From: Bacteroidales bacterium | GTDB taxonomy: Bacteria > Bacteroidota > Bacteroidia > Bacteroidales > GCA-2748055 | Assembly: GCA_029210585.1 (NCBI GenBank) | Contig: JARGFP010000004.1 | Location: 14,244 to 78,243 of the forward strand | DNA length: 64,000 nucleotides | Reading direction: 5' to 3' | In this document: positions 48,001-56,900 of the stretch, piece by piece | Layout of the letters: each line of letters starts with the position of its first letter | Position numbering within the stretch: position 1 is the stretch's first letter | The notes under the pieces: generated by a model | What the model saw: only the letters and a program-made list of their open reading frames with translations | The model's database searches: none | Told to the model about the DNA's origin: nothing | Translations under genes and position numbers: made by a program

Positions 48001-48513
48001 AAAATGGCGGAACATTATTACGAGATCAAGGCAGGCATCGGTCTCTACAAAAAACCGGACCTGTATGGTGCATTCCCAACGGATGCCTATTCCCACACGC
48101 CGGGAAATGCCGGGGTGAAACAACCGGGACTCACGGGCCAGGTCAAGGAAGATGTGATCTCAAGATTCGGAGAACTGGGACTGACCATTGAACAGGGACA
48201 GATCGTTTTCAATACCAGCCTGTTGAACAGAAATGAACTGCTGCGTGAAGAACAATCATTCCAATACCTGAACCTGGAAGGTGCATTCGAAACAGTTTCA
48301 CTCGGAAAAAATCAATTGGGATTCACCTATTGCCAGGTACCCGTGGTATACAATTCAGCAGAAGAAGAATATGTTGTGGTGCATACTGCGGATAACGGAA
48401 CGCAAAGATTTGAAGGAAAGATGATCCCGGGGCAAATCTCCAAAGCCATATTCGACAGGAATGCATCCATCTCCCGTATCGATTTTTTTTCCCCGGCACT
48501 GAAAATATCTTAA
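45043..48513 (+). CDS. Large cytoplasmic protein, putative GH94/GH149/GH161-type glycoside (beta-1,3-glucan) phosphorylase
   Basis: 1156-aa ORF with no signal peptide and no evident TM segment. Motifs NWRDIFQNWE (aa 470-479) and RPEWNDANNAL (EWND = aa 652-655, nt 46996-47007) resemble, from memory, the RD..Q and catalytic DWND regions of GH94-type phosphorylases. It is embedded between sugar importers and beta-1,3-glucanases. Confidence 0.55.
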   Translation: MAKRTIKSGDNQLLSEHLQVDGSFVEIESEKFYKISNYHQMADFFMSIVSDSDHFMFISSNGSLTAGRKNKNNALFPYYTDDKIHDYRDRTGSKTYFLVTRDNDTFLWEPFTRESAHTYPLERNIYKSVYGNKLIFEEINTRLGLGFRYGWYNSDKYGFIKKSWVRNLEDQPVCVEVLDGFKNILPSGADYAFQNEYSNLLDAYKKNELVPATTLAVYSLSSIPVDRPEPSEALKATTVWSAGSTEGATILLSDRQVQQFITGEGVHPETDIRASRGAYFIHNTIKLPSKGEETWFFAAEVNQDSKDVANLLLALKNNANIGDDVNKDIRQGTEKLKQIIGTTDGFQVSNEELSAARHMSNALYNVMRGGVFLNGYQVDTNDFIKYLYQTSTALSKKYNAWLSNLPRSIQYSELVELVRQKDDNDLLRIAREYFPLTFSRRHGDPSRPWNNFSIENKHPDGSLKLHYEGNWRDIFQNWEALSLSFPEYLEGMIGKFVNASTADGYNPYRITREGIDWEVQDPDDPWAFIGYWGDHQIIYLQKFLEHTEAFFPGRINEFLTSDAFVYAHVPYEIKTYEEIVSDPKDTIGFNHALHEKLNKRAKEQGADGKLLRNREGAIVHANFSEKILVTLLAKLSNFIPEAGIWLNTQRPEWNDANNALVGNGTSMVTLYYIRRFLAFWGNLLDTSVQDELSVAEEIATHFQETFEAFKAYENKLGGTFTDEERFRLTTLLGMSGSTYRQTIYAGSFSGRKTSLPVSELTEFISLALRFVDHSIHRNKRNDNLYHAYNLVSFKDEKIAIRHLYEMLEGQVAVLSAGILTPKESLTLMDALKASSLFREDQYSYILYPDRELARFTEKNNIPAGKFAESALLQKCIQRNQTDIIVEDDQGNLHFNAAFRNGAMLSEALEHLDKSKYGDLFAREKQLVLDIYEEMFDHQSFTGRSGTFYGYEGLGSIYWHMVSKLLLAVQECFFDAVRKQASTSVTSKMAEHYYEIKAGIGLYKKPDLYGAFPTDAYSHTPGNAGVKQPGLTGQVKEDVISRFGELGLTIEQGQIVFNTSLLNRNELLREEQSFQYLNLEGAFETVSLGKNQLGFTYCQVPVVYNSAEEEYVVVHTADNGTQRFEGKMIPGQISKAIFDRNASISRIDFFSPALKIS

Positions 48514-48553
48514 CCCTCTCAACCACTATGGCTACAAACTAAACAACGCAAAC

Positions 48554-50032
48554 ATGGCAAAATACGTTACAGCAAAAGAGGATATTGTACCATTTGGACA
48601 GAAACTGGCCTTCGGCTCCGGTCACCTGGCCAACCAGCTGTTTCCCGCGGCACTTGGGGTGTTTATGGTAGTATTGGTACTCGCACTGAAAATGGATCCT
48701 TTCCTTGCAGGCGTCCTGGCGGCAGTGCCAAGGCTGCTGGATGCCCTTACCGATCCCATTATGGGATACATATCCGATAATACACGTTCGAAATGGGGAA
48801 GGAGAAAACCCTATATTTTTATTGGCAGCCTGATCACAGGTTTTGCATTTATGATCATGTGGCAGCTAAATCCGGAAAACTCCCAGTCCTATAATTTTTT
48901 CTATTTCCTGACACTCTCCATTGTTTTTTATATCGGCTATACCATTTTTGCCACGCCCCTGATTGGCCTGGGCTATGAGATGACCCCCGACTATAACGAG
49001 CGAACAAGGCTGATGGCAGTTTCACAATGGCTCGGACAGGTAGCCTGGATGATCGCTCCCTGGTTCTGGGTGATCATCTACAACGAATCTATTTATGATA
49101 CACCGCCACAGGGCGCCAGGAATCTGGCCATATGGGTGGGTGCGCTCTGTATGGTGCTGGGGATGATGCCCGCCTTTTTCAACAAGGAACTGGTGCTTCC
49201 GGCGCTCGCGAAAGATGCGAAAATAAACATGAAAAACCTGGCATCCAATACCAAACAATTTCTTGCCGGAATTGCACAAACCCTTAAATGCAGACCCTTT
49301 CTCCGCCTGTGTGGAGCCACTTTTTTGGTGTTCAATGGATTTCAGACCATAGCCCAGTTTGCATTTTATATCATCATATTTTACCTGTTCAGTGGAGACA
49401 CCAATGCGGCCGGTAACTGGCCGGCATGGTTCGGAACCGTCAGTGCCCTTGCAACAGCGTTCCTGGTGATCCCCGTCATCACCTTCATATCTGCGCGTAT
49501 TGGCAAGCGCAACGCCTTCATCATTGCCACCCTCATCTCCATGGTGGGGTACGGGCTCAAATGGTGGGGATTCAATCCCGCAAACCCATACCTGATGTTC
49601 ATGCCAATCCCCTTGTTATCATTTGGAATCGGGGGCCTGTTTACGCTGATGATGTCGATGACAGCTGATGTATGTGACCTGGATGAACTGAATACCGGAG
49701 AACGCCGCGAGGGCACATTCGGAGCCGTATACTGGTGGATGGTCAAACTGGGCACTGCAGTTGCATTGCTTACCAGCGGGGCTGTGCTGAACCTGGTCGG
49801 CTTCGACGTGGATGCGACGGTTCAGACCATGGAAACGATGACGAAGCTGCGCCTGGCCGACATCCTGATACCTGTGCTTTTCGGTATCCTGGCCATCATC
49901 ATCATGTGGAACTACCCCATCACCGAGGCGAAATCCCATGAAATAAGAGAAATCCTGATCAGCAGGAGGGGCAAGGTGGTACACGAGGAAGATCTTAAGG
50001 AGGAAGAACTTGAATTGGCGAAGGCAAAATAA
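48554..50032 (+). CDS. GPH-family (MelB/glycoside-pentoside-hexuronide) cation symporter 1
   Basis: 492-aa polytopic ORF. N-terminal GPH signature DALTDPIMGYISDNTRSKWGRRKPYI. Confidence 0.87.
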   Translation: MAKYVTAKEDIVPFGQKLAFGSGHLANQLFPAALGVFMVVLVLALKMDPFLAGVLAAVPRLLDALTDPIMGYISDNTRSKWGRRKPYIFIGSLITGFAFMIMWQLNPENSQSYNFFYFLTLSIVFYIGYTIFATPLIGLGYEMTPDYNERTRLMAVSQWLGQVAWMIAPWFWVIIYNESIYDTPPQGARNLAIWVGALCMVLGMMPAFFNKELVLPALAKDAKINMKNLASNTKQFLAGIAQTLKCRPFLRLCGATFLVFNGFQTIAQFAFYIIIFYLFSGDTNAAGNWPAWFGTVSALATAFLVIPVITFISARIGKRNAFIIATLISMVGYGLKWWGFNPANPYLMFMPIPLLSFGIGGLFTLMMSMTADVCDLDELNTGERREGTFGAVYWWMVKLGTAVALLTSGAVLNLVGFDVDATVQTMETMTKLRLADILIPVLFGILAIIIMWNYPITEAKSHEIREILISRRGKVVHEEDLKEEELELAKAK

Positions 50033-50074
50033 TCGTGATACTCAATTTGACTGAGACACAAAAGTACATCAGAT

Positions 50075-51331
50075 ATGAAACGGAACATATTTCAACCGGC
50101 AATAATGCTGCTCCTTTTGTTGATACTGGGAGCATGTAACAGGGAAATAAATGAACCGATGCATGCGGATGAACTGCTTGGAAATCCGGCTTACCCTGCC
50201 ATCTCCTATGGAGGTTACAGGGAAGTCACAAGAGACATCGTGCCCTCGGTTGAGGAGCTCAGTGAAGATTTGCGTATCCTTCATGCAATGGGGATAAGGA
50301 TTCTCAGGACATACAATACCCAGCAATTCCCGCATGCCGAACGCCTCCTGGAGGCCATCCGGAAATTGAAGGAAAACGATCCCCGGTTCGAGATGTACGT
50401 CATGCTGGGTGCCTGGATTGATTGTAAAGATGCCCGGACAGAAGCTCCCGATCATTCCAGGGAAGATGTCGGGGCAAATACTGCTGAAATCAATGCCGCC
50501 GTCAGGCTGGCCAATACCTACCCCGATATTGTTAAAGTGGTTGCTGTCGGCAACGAGGCCATGGTGCACTGGCAAGCCGGCTATTTTGTGGAACCCGGAA
50601 TCATCCTTAAATGGGTGGAGTACCTGCAGCATCTTAAGAAGGAAGGGGAACTTCCTTCCAGCCTGTGGATCACCAGCTCGGACAACTTTGCATCCTGGGG
50701 AGGAGGTGACAGCAGCTATCACAAGCCGGAACTGGAAAAACTGATCCGTGCCGTGGACTATATCTCCATGCATACCTACCCGTTCCACGATACACATTAT
50801 AACCCTGAATTCTGGCTCGTCCCCGCCGATGAACAGGACCTTCCGGAACTGGAACAGGTGCATCGGGCCATGCAAAGGGCGTTGGATTATGCGAAGATGC
50901 AATATCATGCAGTAAAAGAATATGTTGCAGGATTAGGAATTGGGAAAGAAATCCACATCGGTGAAACCGGCTGGGCCACAATGGACAATTACCTTTACGG
51001 AGAGGATGGATCCAAAGCTGCGGATGAATACAAGCAGAAACTTTACCATGATTCCATCAGGGCATGGACAGAACGGGAAAACATCACATGCTTCTTTTTC
51101 CAGGCCTTCGATGAACCCTGGAAAGACAGTAAAAACCCGGTAGGATCTGAAAATCATTTTGGATTATTTACCGTGGATGGAGTGGCTAAATTGGTCTTAT
51201 GGGACCAGGTGGATGCGGGTGTTTTTGAAGGCTTGACGCGGGGAGGAAATCCTATTCGGAAAAGTTATGAAGGAGACCTGGAAGAACTCATGGAAGGTGT
51301 ACTTCCCCCTGATCCCAGCAACATAGAATGA
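50075..51331 (+). CDS. GH17 beta-1,3-glucan hydrolase/transglycosylase, lipoprotein
   Basis: 418-aa ORF with lipoprotein signal LLLLILGACNRE. GH17 motifs VVAVGNEAMV (acid/base) and IHIGETGWAT (nucleophile). Confidence 0.88.
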   Translation: MKRNIFQPAIMLLLLLILGACNREINEPMHADELLGNPAYPAISYGGYREVTRDIVPSVEELSEDLRILHAMGIRILRTYNTQQFPHAERLLEAIRKLKENDPRFEMYVMLGAWIDCKDARTEAPDHSREDVGANTAEINAAVRLANTYPDIVKVVAVGNEAMVHWQAGYFVEPGIILKWVEYLQHLKKEGELPSSLWITSSDNFASWGGGDSSYHKPELEKLIRAVDYISMHTYPFHDTHYNPEFWLVPADEQDLPELEQVHRAMQRALDYAKMQYHAVKEYVAGLGIGKEIHIGETGWATMDNYLYGEDGSKAADEYKQKLYHDSIRAWTERENITCFFFQAFDEPWKDSKNPVGSENHFGLFTVDGVAKLVLWDQVDAGVFEGLTRGGNPIRKSYEGDLEELMEGVLPPDPSNIE

Positions 51332-51426
51332 TGCGAGTAAGGTTTTTATTCATATTGACCTGATGTATATTAGTGATTGAAGGGCAAGCCTGACGATCGA
51401 AAGTATTCAGCAATAACATCCGAAAA

Positions 51427-52782
51427 ATGGAAGCAAAATCGACTAAATTATCCTTCAGGGAAAAGATTGGCTACGGTCTCGGCGATACAGCCTCCCATTT
51501 CGTATGGGACATGGTTGGATTCTGGATTCTTATCTTTTATACCGATACATACGGGATCTCTGCTGCCGCTGCAGGAACCATTATGCTGATCGCAAGGGTC
51601 TGGGATATGGTCAGCGATCCGGTCATGGGGATTATTGCTGACAAGACCAACACGCGGTGGGGTAAATTCAGACCCTATCTGCTCTGGATGGCATTTCCTT
51701 ACAGCGTCCTTGCGGTACTTGCATTTACAACACCCGATTTCGGCGATACAGGCAAGGTGATCTATGCCGCTGCCACCTATTTGTTACTGATGACCGTATT
51801 TACAGCCATCAATCTTCCCTATTCATCACTGGGGGCTGTAATGACATCCGATTCCTATGAAAGGGCGGGACTGAACTCATACCGTTTCGTTTTTGCTTTT
51901 GCCGGACAATTAATTGTATCAGGTACTGCCCTCTCACTGGCCCTTTTCCTGGGAAAAGGAGACCAGGCAAAGGGATACCAGTATACCCTGATCCTGTTTG
52001 CAGTGATCAGTTTCATCCTCTTTATGATCACGTTCAGAACGACCCGTGAACGTGTGGCGCCGCCCAAAGAACAAACTGCGGACCTGCGGCAGGACCTGAA
52101 GAACCTGCTGAAAAACCGTCCCTGGATGATCCTCTTTTTTGTGGGGATCATATCATTCGTGATGTTTGCCCTGCAAAATCTTTCAGTGGCCTATTATTTC
52201 AAGTACTACATTGGAAATGAATCACAGGTGCAGTTGTTTAATGTTATCGGAACCATCGCCCTGATCATTACCATTCCTTTTTCTAAACCACTTGCAAAAC
52301 GATTTGGCAAAAAGACCGTGTTCCTGACCAGTTCCCTCCTTTCAGGAATTTTCTTTATCCTTTTGTATATTCCTGGTTCTGAAAATATTGGAATGATATT
52401 TACATTCAATATCATAGCCAAGATGGCCTATGCCCCTGCTGTTCCCCTCCTCTGGACCATGCTCGGGGATACGGCAGATTATTCAGAATGGAAAGATGGT
52501 CGGCGTGCCACCGGACTGGTATTCTCTGCCGCTACATTTGCACAGAAAGCCGGATGGGGAATTGGCGGCGCACTTGCAGGCTGGCTGCTGGCATTGTTTC
52601 ACTTTGAAGCCAACGTGGTACAAACGGAAACTGCACTGACCGGGATCAAGTTAATGATCTCAGTATTCCCCGGAATTCTCTATATGTCGTGCGCAATTTT
52701 ACTCATCTTTTATAAGATCGATCAATCTACCTGCGTTCAAATGCAACAGGAACTTGATCAACGCAGGGCCGAATCTGAATAA
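51427..52782 (+). CDS. GPH-family cation symporter 2
   Basis: 451-aa polytopic ORF. GPH signature DMVSDPVMGIIADKTNTRWGKFRPYLLW. Confidence 0.87.
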   Translation: MEAKSTKLSFREKIGYGLGDTASHFVWDMVGFWILIFYTDTYGISAAAAGTIMLIARVWDMVSDPVMGIIADKTNTRWGKFRPYLLWMAFPYSVLAVLAFTTPDFGDTGKVIYAAATYLLLMTVFTAINLPYSSLGAVMTSDSYERAGLNSYRFVFAFAGQLIVSGTALSLALFLGKGDQAKGYQYTLILFAVISFILFMITFRTTRERVAPPKEQTADLRQDLKNLLKNRPWMILFFVGIISFVMFALQNLSVAYYFKYYIGNESQVQLFNVIGTIALIITIPFSKPLAKRFGKKTVFLTSSLLSGIFFILLYIPGSENIGMIFTFNIIAKMAYAPAVPLLWTMLGDTADYSEWKDGRRATGLVFSAATFAQKAGWGIGGALAGWLLALFHFEANVVQTETALTGIKLMISVFPGILYMSCAILLIFYKIDQSTCVQMQQELDQRRAESE

Positions 52783-52801
52783 CACGCAAAAAAGCAGCAA
52801 T

Positions 52802-53812
52802 ATGAAGAAGTTTGTCGGGATCGCTATCATTGCAGCATTGGGTTTGATTAACCAGACCTGCACGAGCCACTCAGAGGAAATAAACGTGACTGTTTCCGGC
52901 CGGCAACTGCTTTTGAATGGAAAAGATTATGAAATCAAAGGGATCTGCTACCACCCTGTGCCTCGGGGAAAGGAGACCAGGAGTTTCGACCGTCTGGAAG
53001 GGGACCTGGAACTGATGCAGGAGGCCGGTATCAATACGATCAGGCTCTATGCCCCTGTTCCTGAAAGGGAAATACTCGAACAGGTGCACCAGGCAGGTCT
53101 GAAGATCATCATGGGATTTGGCTACAACCAGGGAGGTACATTTGATATGCTGTCAGGTACATTTATCGACTATGTGGGCCAATTTAAGGATCACCCCGCT
53201 ATTCTTATGTGGGAACTGGGAAATGAGTACAACTACCATCCGGAGTGGTTTGAAGACAATATTGACAACTGGTATACAGCGCTCAACAATGCTGCTGAAC
53301 AGATTCACAACCGTGATCCCAACCGGCCTGTATCCACGGCCCATGGTGAAATCCCTGACCCCACCATTCTTGAAGCATGTCCCGCCATCGACATATGGGG
53401 CATGAATGTGTATCGATGGGACGATCCGGAATCCATTTTTTCAGAGTGGGAAAAGATCTCCGGCAAACCGATGTATCTCTCGGAGGCCGGTGCAGACAGC
53501 TACATGACCGTTGCAGACAGGGGCTATGCCCAGGGGCCAAATGAAAAGGCCCAGGCAGATGCGACCGAAAAGATCCTGGAAGAGGTTTTTCGAAATCGTG
53601 AAGTCTGTTCAGGTGTGGCACTGTTTTCATTTCTGGATGGAATCTGGAAGGCAGGCCATCCCGACAGGCAGGATCCGGGGGGAATGGCGCCAAACAGTAC
53701 CGGGGTTCCCTACGATGGTACGCCCAACGAGGAGTATTGGGGAATATTGGACATCGACCGGAACAAAAAAGAAGCTTTTTATGTTGTAAAAGAGATATAT
53801 CATCCCAATTAA
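52802..53812 (+). CDS. Clan GH-A (beta/alpha)8 glycoside hydrolase, secreted; family unassigned
   Basis: Start is at MKKFVGIAIIAALGLINQTCTS. The tracked ORF start at 52754 would overlap the preceding transporter gene. GH-A pattern: GINTIRLY, HPAILMWELGNEYN (acid/base) and MYLSEAGAD (candidate nucleophile). Confidence 0.72.
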   Translation: MKKFVGIAIIAALGLINQTCTSHSEEINVTVSGRQLLLNGKDYEIKGICYHPVPRGKETRSFDRLEGDLELMQEAGINTIRLYAPVPEREILEQVHQAGLKIIMGFGYNQGGTFDMLSGTFIDYVGQFKDHPAILMWELGNEYNYHPEWFEDNIDNWYTALNNAAEQIHNRDPNRPVSTAHGEIPDPTILEACPAIDIWGMNVYRWDDPESIFSEWEKISGKPMYLSEAGADSYMTVADRGYAQGPNEKAQADATEKILEEVFRNREVCSGVALFSFLDGIWKAGHPDRQDPGGMAPNSTGVPYDGTPNEEYWGILDIDRNKKEAFYVVKEIYHPN

Positions 53813-53902
53813 CCACCCCTGTCTGGGATTACGTTAGATGTACTTGCAAGAAGCAGAGCGAGCGGGAGGCAAGCAAAGTAAATTTCATTTAAAACCATTG
53901 TT

Positions 53903-56900
53903 ATGGCCAGATTCCCTGTTCTTGCGCTAATTGTTTCGTTAGTTTTAATGTTTCCGGATCAGCCGCTGAAAGCACAATTTGTTACAGTGGGCAGCGGCAG
54001 TTATACCACAACATTCCCGGGTGTGGATGCTGCCAACAGGAATACCTATCCTTCCGGCACCCCCCAGGTAAGCGAAATTGCAGCCGGCAAGCCGGTACCC
54101 ACCAATGACTGGTGGTCGCTGCTGATAAAAAATGACCATGCCGGGAATTTGTTCAATTACCCAATGGCACTGAAAACCACCAATCCCGGACTGGTGGTCA
54201 GCTATATTCCCTGGGGAGTATACGACGACCAGGAACCCGTGATTGTCGGCGTAAGCGGACTGAATGCTTCCAAAGCCACAGTGGCCGACTATTCCGACTG
54301 GACAGTCACAATGGCGTGGAATGACGGAACCCGCCAGTTCCAGGCTACATCCGGAATCGCCATGCCTTTCCTCTATTTTGAAAAAGGCGGAAGCGATGTG
54401 GCCCAGGTAAAGGTCCAGCTGGGAACGGTAACTGTGAACGACGAGATGATCATCGTCGAAAATGCCCGGAACGGCGCTGATTTTGTGATATATGCCCCGG
54501 CAGGCAGTAGCTGGAACCAAGCAGGAAATACCTATACTTCTACTTTAAATGGCAAGAATTACTGGTCCATGGCCATGCTCCCGCAGTCAGCAACAAATAT
54601 TGCGGTAATAGCAGGAGAATATAAAAAATATGCTTATGTCTTTCCAACAAATACCACTACATCATGGACCTATGATGAAGCAAACGCGGTGATGCATACC
54701 GATTTCCTCGTGGAGACTGAAACGAAGGAGGGGACATCAACAAATATACTGCAGGGACTCCTTCCCCACCAGTGGGAGAACCTTGCTCCCGGCGCTCCAC
54801 AGCCAGTGGGCCACAGCTATAGTTCCGTGAGGGGAGAAATAAAAACGCTGGACGGAAACAGCTTCAGCGTCGAAAACAGGTTCAGGGGAATCCTTCCCAC
54901 CCTGCCCTACCTGGCCAATTACAGCGAAGGGTTCAGTCCTGCTGAACTGAACAGTAAAATCGGTCAGCTGGAAAATGACGGGCTGGCTACCTGGACCGAC
55001 TCCTATAACGAGGGACAGGTGATGAACAGGCTGATCCAGGCTGCCAGGATTGCAGATCTTACCGGGGATACCGAAGCCAGGGACAAGATCGTTGCCACCA
55101 TCAAAACGCGCCTGGAAGACTGGCTCACGGCCGAAGCTTCAGAAGTGGCCTTCCTGTTCTACTATAACAGTACCTGGACCACCCTCATCGGCTACCCTGC
55201 CGGTCATGGCCAGGATGGGAACATCAACGACCACCATTTTCACTGGGGATATTTCATCCATGCAGCTGCTTTCATGGAGCAGTTCGAACCCGGCTGGGCA
55301 GCACAGTGGGGCGAAATGGTGAATCTCCTGGTGCGGGATGCCGCGGCATCTGACCGCAACGACGACAAGTTCCCTTTTTTGAGGAATTTCAGTCCGTATG
55401 CCGGACACTGCTGGGCCAATGGCTTTGCCACCTTCCCGCAGGGCAACGACCAGGAATCAACCTCGGAAAGCATGCAGTTCAACTCCGCGCTGATCCACTG
55501 GGGATCGGTAACGGGCAACGACACGATCCGGGACCTGGGAATCTACCTCTATACAACCGAACAAACCGCGATAGAAGAATACTGGTTTGATATATATGAA
55601 CGCAATTTTTCTGCATCACAGCAGTACAGCCTGGTATCGAGGGTGTGGGGCAATTCCTATGACAATGGCACCTTCTGGACATCGGATATTGCTGCGTCCT
55701 ATGGGATCGAAATGTACCCCATCCACGGCGGCTCACTCTACCTGGGTCATCCTACCGCGTATGTTCAGAAGCTATGGACCGAGATTACCGCCAATACAGG
55801 CATTCTGAGCAATGAAGCAAATCCCAACCTGTGGCACGACGTGATGTGGAAATACCTGGCGTTCATTGATCCCCAGGCAGCCATCGACCTGTACGACAGC
55901 TACCCCGATCGTTCACTGAAATTCGGAATCTCGGATGCCCAGACCTATTACTGGCTGCATGCGATGAATGCGCTGGGGACTGTGAGAGCGGATCTCACGG
56001 CAGACTACCCGGTTGCAGCAGCATTTCTGAAAGACGGAACCACCACCTATGTGGCGCACAATTATTCAGGCCAGCCGATCACAGTTACTTTTTCCGATGG
56101 AACGACGCTGGAAGTACCCGCCCGTCAAATGGCCACCAGCAGGGATCTCGGCGTTTCCGGTCTCCTTACCTCTGATTTTCAACAGGCCTATCCGGGCGGA
56201 AGCGTGCGGCTGTCACTTGCAACTGAAGGTGAAACTCCCACCAGGGTAGCATTCTATGACGGTACAACCCTGGTTGGTACAGTGGATGCTCCCCCCTACA
56301 GCATCGAAGCCGGAGACCTGGCACCAGGCATCCATGGCATGTATGCAAGGATCTATATTGGTGAAGATTTCAATATCAGCAACCAGGTCTCCATCCAGGT
56401 GGGGGAGCAGTTACCATGGGCCGGATTACCAGCAGCACTGCCCGGCACGATTGAAGCAGGTCTGTATGACAAGTTCGAGGGTGGCACAGGACAGGGGATT
56501 TCCTATGTGGATCTGTCCACGGCAAATGAAGGTGGATTCAGACCGGGTGAATATGTGGATGCAGTTGCAGATCCCGCTGAGGGAGCAATAGTGGGCTGGA
56601 TCGCTGCAGGCGAATGGCTTGAATACATGGTGGATGTGGAAACTGCCGGCGTTTACGACCTGTCATTCAGGTATGCTTCGGGCAATGCAAATGGCGGCGG
56701 GCCGTTTCATTTTGAGATTGACGGAAGAAGAATTAGTCCGGATATTTCAGTGAATACAACAAATTATTGGGATTCCTGGTCGGTGCAAACTGCAGAAGGC
56801 ATCGAACTGGGTAAAGGGGTACAGGTGCTCCGGCTCGTCTTTACATCAGGAGAATTTAACCTGGGTCGCATGACATTCACCTACGCAGGGGCACTGGACA

